Source: Bacteroidales bacterium
GTDB lineage: Bacteria; Bacteroidota; Bacteroidia; Bacteroidales; JAADJA01
DNA: 60,156 nucleotides
Direction of reading: 5' to 3'
NCBI GenBank assembly: GCA_020438135.1
Contig: JAGQVF010000059.1
Span: forward strand, 4,216-64,371
In this document: positions 24,519 to 33,367 of the stretch, piece by piece
Position numbering within the stretch: position 1 is the first letter of the stretch
Layout of the letters: each line of letters starts with the position of its first letter
Position numbers and translations under genes: made by a program
The notes under the pieces: model-generated
Seen by the model: the letters and a program-made list of their open reading frames with translations, nothing else
Databases searched by the model: none
Told to the model about the DNA's origin: nothing

Positions 24519-27500
24519 TTAAACAGTTACCTTCTTTTTCCCCTTTTTTAAGCCTTCCTTGTAGATGTTTTCAATTTTTTGAATCACCTCCGGGAATTTT
24601 GCAAGGCACTCTTCCAGGTGTTCAAAGTCAAAAACATCAAGGTGGCTTTTCAATTCATCTGCATATTGTATTAAGATTTTTAGCTCTGTTTTTTCGGCTT
24701 CATTTTTAAGTTTTGAAATAAAGGATTCAATTCTGTTGATTACCAACTTATCTTTTATGGCTTCCCATTCAGGCAAAAACAGATTTTTTAGTTTTTCGAT
24801 CAATGGCGGAATATTTTGTCTGATCTTTTCCGGGATTGACTCTGACCGGCCATCGTTTATTTTTTTGTTTTTTATGATCCTGTGAGGTGCATATTTCCTG
24901 AGTGTCGAACACAATTCAACATGATGAACAGGTTTGAAGATAACGTCATTGAACAGTCCTGAATCATTAATTTTTTTATTGTCGTCGTCAAATGCCGATG
25001 CAGTAAATGCGATGATCGGTATTTGATGAAGATGGTCCGTCTGCCGGATTTTGGTTGCCAGTTCGAATCCATCCATGCCCGGCATTCTTAAATCTAGAAA
25101 AACAATATCAGGTTTTGAGTTGGCAATAACTTTCAGGGCTATCTCACCATTTGTGGCCTCTAAAATGGTTAGTCCGGGGGCCTGAACCAATTCCCGGATC
25201 GTATCAATATTGGTTTTAATATCATCAACTACCAGAACGGTAACATTTTCATAAACAATCTTGCTGTAAATGTCTATTACTTCTACCTTTTGTTTAAAGT
25301 CTTCAGGGATATAGGTTGACTTTTTAACATCATTCAAAGTGATCGTAAATTTTGAACCTTTCCCAACTAAACTTTCCACCCCGATGGTTCCATTCATTTG
25401 TTCGAGTAGTTTGTTAACGATGGCCAGTCCCAGGCCGGTTCCTCCGTATTGTTTGTTGGTTTTCCTGTCCTGTTGATGAAAAGCATCGAAAATATGCTCC
25501 AGGTATTCTTCGGAAATGCCTATTCCGCTGTCTTCAAAGATTATATGAAGATCACCCAGGGTACCTTTATCAATAAATTTGGCAGAAACACTCACAAACC
25601 CCTTATCTGTAAATTTAACTGCGTTTCCGCCCAGGTTCACAAGGATTTGGCGCAGATGTGTTTCGTCAAGTATGAGGTATTGGGGCACTGAATCATCAAT
25701 TTGAATATTGAATGCCAGATCTTTTTTAGCGGTTTTGTCTCTGCAGATTTCCCGTGTTTCGTTTAGCAGATACCTGAGGTTTACGGGTTCAAACGAAAGC
25801 TGCATTTTACCTGCCTCAATTTTTGACATGTCGAGGATGTCGTTGATCAGATCGAGCAATAATTTGCCACTCGACATGATGGTATTCACCATTTTTTTAT
25901 GTTGTTCGTTTTCGGTGCGGTGAAACAGCGATTCGCTAAATCCGAGAATGGCATTTAAAGGTGTCCTGATTTCATGGCTCATATTGGCCAGAAATTCACT
26001 CTTAGCTTTATTGGCCTGTTCTGCTTTCTCTTTTTCTTCATTGAGCGATCGAATATATTGCTTTCGCTCACTTACATCCCTCACACTGGCTACAACTTCA
26101 CTGTTGCTCATGGATGCCATCCGGGCTTCATAATCATACAGTTGCTTATTCACCTTAAATTTAAATTCAAACAGGTAAGATCCTTCGCTGAGGCATTTTT
26201 GAATAGAATGAATAAACACATCAGCCGTTTTTTGATCGAAGAGGTTTTCTATTCTTTCAATCTTTCCTTCGAGGTTGAATGGAATTTGTTTACTCTTTTC
26301 GCTGATTGAGTGGTTTAAAACATGGCCGGAAGCATTAAGATATAACAGAAGGTCGGGTATTGATTCGATTATGGCCTTATTTTTTGCCTCACTTTCACGA
26401 AGTGATCGGTGACTGTGTTCTCTTTCAAAAGCATTTGAAACGATTCCACTCACTGTCCGGATCAGTTCAATTTCGGAGGTTGACCATTTCCGGTTTTCAT
26501 TACATTCGTCAAAACCAATAAAACCAAATCTTTTACCAGCACTGATCAGTGGAAACACAATGATCGACTTGATCTCCTGCGGTTCGAGGATGTCGACAAT
26601 GTCAGACGGAAATTCATGAATGTTTTCAGAATAGATGCGGCCATCCCTGTCGAGAAATTCTTTCCAGGATGGTATTAGATCGTATCCAATCTCCTGCAGA
26701 AGATCGATTTGTGGTGAAATCCCTTTATTGCACCATTCATATGTATTGGATGTAAATTTCCCATCCGCTGAATCCTCAAATATGTACGAACGACTAACAT
26801 CTGTGTATTCTCCGATGATTCCAAGGGCCTCATTCATTATTGTTGTAAATTCACCGGGTACATTAAACTTTAATGAAATCTCAGAGATAATGGCCTGGTG
26901 TTTTAACGACTTCTCAAGCGCTACCTGCTGATTGTGCAGTTCCTCCTCTGTAAACTTAATTTCGGAGATATCGATATTGGTACCGACAACCCTGACCGGT
27001 TTATTGTTTTCATCATATTCAGTGACCTTTCCGGTCCCCATAATCCATTTATAGGTGCCGCTTTTAGCTTTGATCCTGTACTTTGAGCGGAATATGTCTG
27101 ATTTGCCTGCCAGGTGATCATTGAGGTTTCGTTTCATTTCATCAAGATCAGAGGGATGAATCAGCTTGTGCCATGCATCAAGGGTTGGTGTTATTTCGTT
27201 TTGGTTGTATCCCAGGATTTTTTTCAGTCCGTCGCTCCGGTAAATAAACCCCGAAGGAATATCAAAATCCCACAATACCGAATTACTGCTCATCAGGGCC
27301 ATTTCAAGTCGTTCTTTCCCATGCCTCAGCTGTTCTTCGTGAATAATACGTTCCGAAATATCAACCATTACACCCCTCACCCCGGCCGGTCTGTTATTTC
27401 TGATGATAACACTTGTGTAAACAAGCACAGGGATCGTATTCCCGTTTTTTTTAACGGCGATGTATTCTCTGGGTGATGAGGTGCCTTTTTCAACCGATTC

Positions 27501-28184
27501 CCTGAATTTGAGGGAAGCAATTTTTCTTTGATCCGGATGGAAAAGATTAAACGCACTGAACCCCTTATCAAGGTCCTTTTGCTCATAACCCAATTTTCGG
27601 AGCGAATATTTATTGGCATAGGTAATTGTTCCATGCAAGTCGGTTTCGCAGATCATTTCAGGCAAAAGTTCAATCAGGTCGCGGTACCGCTTTTCGCTTT
27701 CAATCAGCCTGTTTTTATTGATACATGATAAACCGGCATTTGCCAGCTTGTGATTGAGTATCTTCAGTTTGTGCGCCAAAAATTCCAGTCTGTCAGGATT
27801 GTTGTCAAACAACACCAAAAATCCAAATCCCGGCAAGTCCATAACGGAATATGTTGAACTATTCGCCAGTATACCTTTTTTGGGAAGTTGATCTCTGAAT
27901 TTTTTCAGGTTTGCCGGTGTTGATTCTCCCGGAACCTCCTGCAGCTGATCAAGTTGGCCTGAATCAAGGGGCTTTCCTTTATATAAGCTAAATATGGGAT
28001 GAATAACAATTTTTTTTGTTGATGACAATTCAGCCCTAAAAACTACACCTCCATCAAGTTTTAATTTGTTGATGTAAGATTGCAAACTGTTTTCGACCAT
28101 TTTGGCCAAATCATCATGCACATCAATTTCTACTGCTATTTCAAGAAATGTCTTTAATTCATCCTGTCTGATTTCATGGGGCAT
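24519..28184 (-). CDS. Large cytoplasmic hybrid sensor histidine kinase (multiple PAS, GAF, HisKA, HATPase_c, REC, Hpt-like tail)
   Basis: 1221 aa. PAS-like repeats (residues ~170-430 and ~610-700) and a GAF-like block (...IIVFPLISAGKRFGFIGFDE). H-box FLANMSHEIRTPLNAILGF, HATPase (NLGGNAVKFT, DSGIGI, GGTGLGLAIV), REC (VLVVDD, IVFLDLRMPGMDG, IFKPV). No TM helix seen. Confidence 0.92.
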   Translation of the reverse strand: MPHEIRQDELKTFLEIAVEIDVHDDLAKMVENSLQSYINKLKLDGGVVFRAELSSTKKIVIHPIFSLYKGKPLDSGQLDQLQEVPGESTPANLKKFRDQLPKKGILANSSTYSVMDLPGFGFLVLFDNNPDRLEFLAHKLKILNHKLANAGLSCINKNRLIESEKRYRDLIELLPEMICETDLHGTITYANKYSLRKLGYEQKDLDKGFSAFNLFHPDQRKIASLKFRESVEKGTSSPREYIAVKKNGNTIPVLVYTSVIIRNNRPAGVRGVMVDISERIIHEEQLRHGKERLEMALMSSNSVLWDFDIPSGFIYRSDGLKKILGYNQNEITPTLDAWHKLIHPSDLDEMKRNLNDHLAGKSDIFRSKYRIKAKSGTYKWIMGTGKVTEYDENNKPVRVVGTNIDISEIKFTEEELHNQQVALEKSLKHQAIISEISLKFNVPGEFTTIMNEALGIIGEYTDVSRSYIFEDSADGKFTSNTYEWCNKGISPQIDLLQEIGYDLIPSWKEFLDRDGRIYSENIHEFPSDIVDILEPQEIKSIIVFPLISAGKRFGFIGFDECNENRKWSTSEIELIRTVSGIVSNAFEREHSHRSLRESEAKNKAIIESIPDLLLYLNASGHVLNHSISEKSKQIPFNLEGKIERIENLFDQKTADVFIHSIQKCLSEGSYLFEFKFKVNKQLYDYEARMASMSNSEVVASVRDVSERKQYIRSLNEEKEKAEQANKAKSEFLANMSHEIRTPLNAILGFSESLFHRTENEQHKKMVNTIMSSGKLLLDLINDILDMSKIEAGKMQLSFEPVNLRYLLNETREICRDKTAKKDLAFNIQIDDSVPQYLILDETHLRQILVNLGGNAVKFTDKGFVSVSAKFIDKGTLGDLHIIFEDSGIGISEEYLEHIFDAFHQQDRKTNKQYGGTGLGLAIVNKLLEQMNGTIGVESLVGKGSKFTITLNDVKKSTYIPEDFKQKVEVIDIYSKIVYENVTVLVVDDIKTNIDTIRELVQAPGLTILEATNGEIALKVIANSKPDIVFLDLRMPGMDGFELATKIRQTDHLHQIPIIAFTASAFDDDNKKINDSGLFNDVIFKPVHHVELCSTLRKYAPHRIIKNKKINDGRSESIPEKIRQNIPPLIEKLKNLFLPEWEAIKDKLVINRIESFISKLKNEAEKTELKILIQYADELKSHLDVFDFEHLEECLAKFPEVIQKIENIYKEGLKKGKKKVTV

Positions 28185-28538
28185 AATAATCCTGTTTTAC
28201 AAATTGATAACTCCCTGTTTTCGTTGCTCTTATTGTCTTGTCATGACGAAAAAGCCGCTTCGTGCAAAAGTGCAGAACCGAATCGATACCGGAGTTAAGC
28301 CTAATTTTAATTTTGAATTTGTGAACAGGAGAGGTGTGGCCCGATAAGAGATCATATCCGAAAACGATCAATTCCGGATGTAATGCGACCAGGTGCTTAT
28401 ACCTGAATATATAGGTATTAGCTGTGTTCATATTCGTTCTTTATCGGGTTGTTAAAGTCGTATTGTACGGCGATTTATGGAATTGGTTTAGCCGATCACA
28501 AATAATATTTCAGTAAAATGGCAGGCTGTAGTGAGGAG

Positions 28539-29978
28539 TTAGCGGTTATTATTCAACACAAACCGGTTATAAATAAAAAGTAAAACACCGGTGGCCAGGC
28601 CTATACCGGCAAAAATAAGCCAGATCTTTCCCGGCTGATAGGTTTGATAAAGTAACTGTGTGAGGTCTGTGCTGCTCAAATTCAGCTTTTCCATGGATTG
28701 ATTGAAAAGCAGTGCATCATCGGTTGTTCGTGCATCAGCCGGAAGCTGAATGTTGTTTTCAGCAAGATACCCTCGAAGGAGGTTGTATTTATCTGATAAT
28801 GATCCATATAAGTTGCCTGATAAAAGTCCACCCAGAAAATTTCCACCTGAGATGGGTAAAAAACTGTATCCCATGTAAAGCGCAACTTTTTCGCGGGGTG
28901 CAATTGTGCTGATATATTCCTGAATGCGTGGTGAACTGGCCATTTCGCCAAAAGCAAAAATCACCAGGCTTAAGGCAATCAACCAACCACTGGTATGAAA
29001 ATAAAGTTGCCCCAGGCCTATGGCAGTAACAAAAATTCCACCGATTATAGAAGATACGGGTCGGGTCCTTTTTAGAAAACTGGAAATGATCAATTGAAAA
29101 AGAATGATTGTCAGGGCAGGGATATTGATCATCATTTCAGGACGGATTATCCCTTTATTTTCTTCCACATAACCAAATACGGGTTGTAATATTCCCAACT
29201 TATTATAGATAACGGTTGTGTCGACCCATTGCGCAATAAAGATCGGCACTGTGAAGAAAAGTTGCATATACATGGTCCAGAATCCAACGATGATCAAGAG
29301 GAAAAATACAAACTTAAGATCGATGAAAATGGCTACAGTATTGGAAACTATTTCTTTGAGTGCCTTACCTATGCTTCCGGTTTGTGCCTTCCTTTGCGGT
29401 TCGCGGTAGAAGAACAAAAGGATGAGGTTGATGCCAATAACAGCGGCACACATCATAAAAACATATTGCCAGTTTATATCGCGCATTTTGGAAGCAGCCC
29501 ATGGCCCGATAAAACCACCAATATTCACGATCATATAAAATATTCCAAAGCCGACTGTTTCATTGCTTTTGTTGGTTGTTTTAGCCACCGTTCCCACGAT
29601 GATCGGCTTGAAAATAGCACCTCCTACTGCGATAATCAAAAAGGCTGCGAACACAGGTGCATATTGATGAAATTGCCCCATGGCAAAATAGCCGGAGATA
29701 AGCGTTACAAAGGCTGCAAGAAGTACCTTCCGGAAACCAAACCTATCAGCTATTGCTCCGCCAATCACAGGTAAGAGATATAAAATTCCTGTAACGACTC
29801 CCTGCATAATACCCCTTTGCTCCTGCGTGAAACCCAGGCCACCTTTCGAAACCGGATCGGTCAGGTAAATGGATAAAACGGTAAACATTCCGTAATAGGC
29901 CCATCTTTCAAAGAGCTCCATGGTATTCGCAATCCAGAATGTTCGCGGAAAATTTCTTATATCTTTATTAAATGACAT
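28539..29978 (-). CDS. Proton-dependent oligopeptide transporter (POT/PTR2 family, DtpT-like)
   Basis: N-terminal FWIANTMELFERWAYYGM signature (ExxERFxYY motif class), GGAIADRFGFRK, and about 14 TM helices. Confidence 0.88.
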   Translation of the reverse strand: MSFNKDIRNFPRTFWIANTMELFERWAYYGMFTVLSIYLTDPVSKGGLGFTQEQRGIMQGVVTGILYLLPVIGGAIADRFGFRKVLLAAFVTLISGYFAMGQFHQYAPVFAAFLIIAVGGAIFKPIIVGTVAKTTNKSNETVGFGIFYMIVNIGGFIGPWAASKMRDINWQYVFMMCAAVIGINLILLFFYREPQRKAQTGSIGKALKEIVSNTVAIFIDLKFVFFLLIIVGFWTMYMQLFFTVPIFIAQWVDTTVIYNKLGILQPVFGYVEENKGIIRPEMMINIPALTIILFQLIISSFLKRTRPVSSIIGGIFVTAIGLGQLYFHTSGWLIALSLVIFAFGEMASSPRIQEYISTIAPREKVALYMGYSFLPISGGNFLGGLLSGNLYGSLSDKYNLLRGYLAENNIQLPADARTTDDALLFNQSMEKLNLSSTDLTQLLYQTYQPGKIWLIFAGIGLATGVLLFIYNRFVLNNNR

Positions 29979-29990
29979 GGAGATAAAAAC

Positions 29991-30893
29991 TTAAGAATTT
30001 CTTTTTTTACCGAATAACGCGAGCAATTTCCATTTGAAAAATCCACCTATATAAGAGCCGTATCTTTTAAAAAGTACCATATAAGCGCCTGCTGATTCGG
30101 TATGTTTCCGGTAAAAAGCAAAATCTTTTCTTACATTGTAATTTGATTTTATCGACACCATTGATTTATATAATCTTAGGAAACTTTCATCGTGTTTTAG
30201 TCCGGTTTGTGTGGTGTCGTTGTATATAACAAGTTCGGGACGGGCTTCTATCTTAAATCCGGCTTTTTTGGCTCTGAGGGTAAAATCGGAATCTCCATGG
30301 TATTGTGGAAAGTTTTTTTCATCAACAAGCCCTATTTTCTGATAAACTTCTTTTGGAACAACAGTTCCCATTCCGGTCAGCCAATCGCACAACACAGGTT
30401 TGTTATACTTATCGCTATCGGGCTCAGTGGAGCCTACCATAGCTTTAAAACCTGTTTTGGTATTGAATATTCCCCCCATCGACCAAATGGTATCAGGATT
30501 ATGATAGAGTTTAACTTTTGATCCAAGCACAACAGGTTCAGTTAGCTGCTGAAGTAAGCCGGAGAGGTTTGGGAAAAAATCATCAGCAGATTTCACATCG
30601 TTGTTCCACCACAGGGTATAATCTGCCTGCAGTTCATCCAGTGCAAACCGTATTGCTTTGTTTATCCCACCGCTCCACCAAAGGCTACCATTGCCATGCT
30701 GCAGGTGAACATCCGGATAGTTTTTTCTGATCCAGTCAGACGTACCGTCGGAACTGCCATCATCCGTAATTACAACTTCGAAGCGGGTATTGGCTGGATT
30801 TGCCTTTTGGGTATGCTCAGCCAGATAGGTAAGGCATTTTTGAGTATATGATAGTCCGTTGAATACAGGAAAAACAATAGCAATTTTAATCAT
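29991..30893 (-). CDS. Family-2 glycosyltransferase
   Basis: IAIVFPVFNG, VITDDGSSDGT, WWNNDV (DxD-like). The start was trimmed to MIKIAIV at 30893, which leaves an 8-nt overlap with the upstream stop. Confidence 0.85.
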   Translation of the reverse strand: MIKIAIVFPVFNGLSYTQKCLTYLAEHTQKANPANTRFEVVITDDGSSDGTSDWIRKNYPDVHLQHGNGSLWWSGGINKAIRFALDELQADYTLWWNNDVKSADDFFPNLSGLLQQLTEPVVLGSKVKLYHNPDTIWSMGGIFNTKTGFKAMVGSTEPDSDKYNKPVLCDWLTGMGTVVPKEVYQKIGLVDEKNFPQYHGDSDFTLRAKKAGFKIEARPELVIYNDTTQTGLKHDESFLRLYKSMVSIKSNYNVRKDFAFYRKHTESAGAYMVLFKRYGSYIGGFFKWKLLALFGKKRNS

Positions 30894-32106
30894 GAACCGG
30901 TTGTGTTTGTAGTTTTTTTTGTTTCTTTTCGAGGTATTTGTATTTTTTATCGTGCCTATCGATATCGATGATATACATAATTGCCAAAATGGTGGTAAAT
31001 GCATCCGATCGGGCGAATATTCCCCCCATGATCATTCCGATCAGCGAAATAAAAATATAGTACTTAAAGTACATGTATTTGGGATCAATCTTCATGGCCA
31101 GGATTTTTCTGACGATAAGAATTACTGCAATTACATACAAAATCCCGTATTTTGTGTATTCACCCAATAATCCGATATCGTTCTGGAAGTAGCCGAAGTC
31201 AACCTTATAATACCAGATTCGCATGCCATATGCTGATGCCATATGTGATTCGCCATTTCCGATGATATAATTGAGTGGAGTAGGGGGAAATTCGTACAGA
31301 AAAAATTTGGCGGCCTTTACCCTGATGTCGTCACCCTCTTTGGCAGATTGCTCTTCAGAGACTTCAAGCAGGTTCAGGAAAATATCCTGGAAAATTACCA
31401 TGATGGATGCTGCACCTACAATTAATAAAAAAGCGATCAGCATTTTGGATTGAACCCTTTTGCTAAGAATTAACATGATTATGGTTCCCAGAAACAGCAG
31501 CGCAAGTGGAGTTCTGGTTCCCTGTAAAATGGTAACAGCAATGGCAGCGACACAAAAAAGGGCATATTTCAACTTTAGCTTTGCAAAAAACTCCTGCAAA
31601 CAATAAAAATATACCATTACAACAAAAGCTTTGGCAGGCAGAAAAATCCGAATGGTTCCCCGTTCCTCGTCGGCCCTGGTTCCAAACAACATCCTTGGAT
31701 AGCTCACATATTGTATCAGGAATATAACGATGTATATCACCGCAATGATGATGATCAGCTTTTCAAGGTCTTCGGGCCGGATCCGTATGGTGTGCAGAAA
31801 GAAATAGAACAGGTAAAAGTACATCATTCGCTGGGCCCAGGCTGTCAGCATAAAATTTTGATCATGTCCCCATTTAGCTCCGAAAGTGCTGAGCAGAATA
31901 GAAATAAAAATGAGGGATATCTCATACGTGAAATTTTGCTCAAATCGTCTGGATGGATCATAAATCAAACCCAAAAGAACAACCACAAGCATCAGCATGA
32001 TAGCTCCGAAAGCTACCATTAAAATCAGGTTTTTGGGTACCAATGCAAACCAGAAAAACTGGGAAGCCGATATGAGGATGTAAAAGACGCTGATGTTTCG
32101 GAGCAT
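30886..32106 (-). CDS. Wzy-type O-antigen/EPS polymerase-like polytopic membrane protein
   Basis: About 10-11 TM helices and a central LQGTRTPLALLFLG block followed by a loop. Positioned between GT genes near the flippase. Confidence 0.65.
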   Translation of the reverse strand: MLRNISVFYILISASQFFWFALVPKNLILMVAFGAIMLMLVVVLLGLIYDPSRRFEQNFTYEISLIFISILLSTFGAKWGHDQNFMLTAWAQRMMYFYLFYFFLHTIRIRPEDLEKLIIIIAVIYIVIFLIQYVSYPRMLFGTRADEERGTIRIFLPAKAFVVMVYFYCLQEFFAKLKLKYALFCVAAIAVTILQGTRTPLALLFLGTIIMLILSKRVQSKMLIAFLLIVGAASIMVIFQDIFLNLLEVSEEQSAKEGDDIRVKAAKFFLYEFPPTPLNYIIGNGESHMASAYGMRIWYYKVDFGYFQNDIGLLGEYTKYGILYVIAVILIVRKILAMKIDPKYMYFKYYIFISLIGMIMGGIFARSDAFTTILAIMYIIDIDRHDKKYKYLEKKQKKLQTQPVHD

Positions 32107-32161
32107 TTCTGAAACCGTTAGTTAAAATCGCAAAGGTAAAGATTGTTTCACATACGTGGAT

Positions 32162-33337
32162 TTATCCTTTTCGTTTTAGTTTTTTTAATAACCTTCGTTT
32201 CAGGATTTTCAGCAATATGGGCGTTTTGTAAATACTTCGGTGGAAGTAGGTTTGTTCCTCCAGAAATTCCTCCAGGTTCTGTGATCTGCTTGTTACATTT
32301 TCTGATTTTACAAAATGGATCAGGTCCCCCTTGATATTCATGATCACATTCATTTCATGCGGTTTCATGGTGCGGTCGAAACTGAATAGCGCATCTGAAC
32401 AGGCTCTGCTGGTTAATACGTAGGGTTTGTTGTATTTGGTTTTCCATCCATACAGATCTGTTTCGTAATCATAGTCTTTAAACTGACTTGTTAACCTGTT
32501 CAGGCGATCGGGAAGCAATTCTGCAAATACATCATAAACATTTACTGCATCATCCAGTTCCTTGAATACAGGTTCGGCAAGCTTTAGTTTTAAAGGTGCC
32601 TGCAGGTAAAACGATCTGGTAACCATATTGGTTCCTATGTCAGGAAAAGTTGTTGAAAAAGAATACCGTGGAAAAACAAAATATTTATTGAACTTAACCA
32701 CGTATGCAGTAAAATATCTTTTCCACGAATGCTCAGGCCATTTCATGATTGGTTCTGGGATGCCTGAAATTGTGTTCAGATCGGGATCAGTTTCGTACCA
32801 GTTTCTGAAACCTGTCCATTGTTCTTTGGTCCACACCTGCCCAAGTGATGCAGGCATCTGTTTGAAAAATACGCTTGAATCATCATCAATTGATGCGAAA
32901 GGCAGTTTGGATGTTTCTGAATAGGGCAGGGAATACAATGAAATACCAGCGATCCGGTTATCATGAGCATAAAAATTGATCGCTTCGAGGGCATACTCAT
33001 AAAATACCGGAGAGAGAAAAAGGTCATCTTCAAGAATGATCACTGATCCGTATGTATTCACCAGGTCACCGCATTTAATCACATGATTTCGCAGTCCTAA
33101 CCTTTCCGGGTGATAAATAACTTTTTTTTCTCCGAATTTCCAGATATAAGCGTTGGCAAAGTCTGCAACATCCTGGTTGGTTCCATTGTTGTCTATGGAT
33201 ATCACCAGGGTTGTATTGGCAGGATAGGAAGCCTGATCCAGCGAACGTAAAATCCGGGCGAGTGAGTTGATCCGGTTAAATGCAACCACAACTAATGCAG
33301 GCTGATAGTTATTTCCCATATTCTTCCAGTTCAGCAA
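32162..33337 (-). CDS. GNT-I (GT13)-like glycosyltransferase
   Basis: PALVVVAFNRINSLARILRSL and VIILEDDLFLSPVFYEYA resemble the MGAT1 blocks (...VVEDDLEVAPDFFEYF). The comparison is from memory. Confidence 0.55.
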   Translation of the reverse strand: MLNWKNMGNNYQPALVVVAFNRINSLARILRSLDQASYPANTTLVISIDNNGTNQDVADFANAYIWKFGEKKVIYHPERLGLRNHVIKCGDLVNTYGSVIILEDDLFLSPVFYEYALEAINFYAHDNRIAGISLYSLPYSETSKLPFASIDDDSSVFFKQMPASLGQVWTKEQWTGFRNWYETDPDLNTISGIPEPIMKWPEHSWKRYFTAYVVKFNKYFVFPRYSFSTTFPDIGTNMVTRSFYLQAPLKLKLAEPVFKELDDAVNVYDVFAELLPDRLNRLTSQFKDYDYETDLYGWKTKYNKPYVLTSRACSDALFSFDRTMKPHEMNVIMNIKGDLIHFVKSENVTSRSQNLEEFLEEQTYFHRSIYKTPILLKILKRRLLKKLKRKG

Positions 33338-33367
33338 TTTTAGGAATTCTGAAATTCAGGGGATTAC

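Noticed and set aside
28174-28431. An 85-aa basic ORF immediately upstream of, and overlapping, the large kinase gene.
   Set aside because: It has no recognisable domain and no identifiable promoter or RBS context, and it spans a region rich in inverted repeats. It is kept only as a note within the spacer finding, not as a feature.
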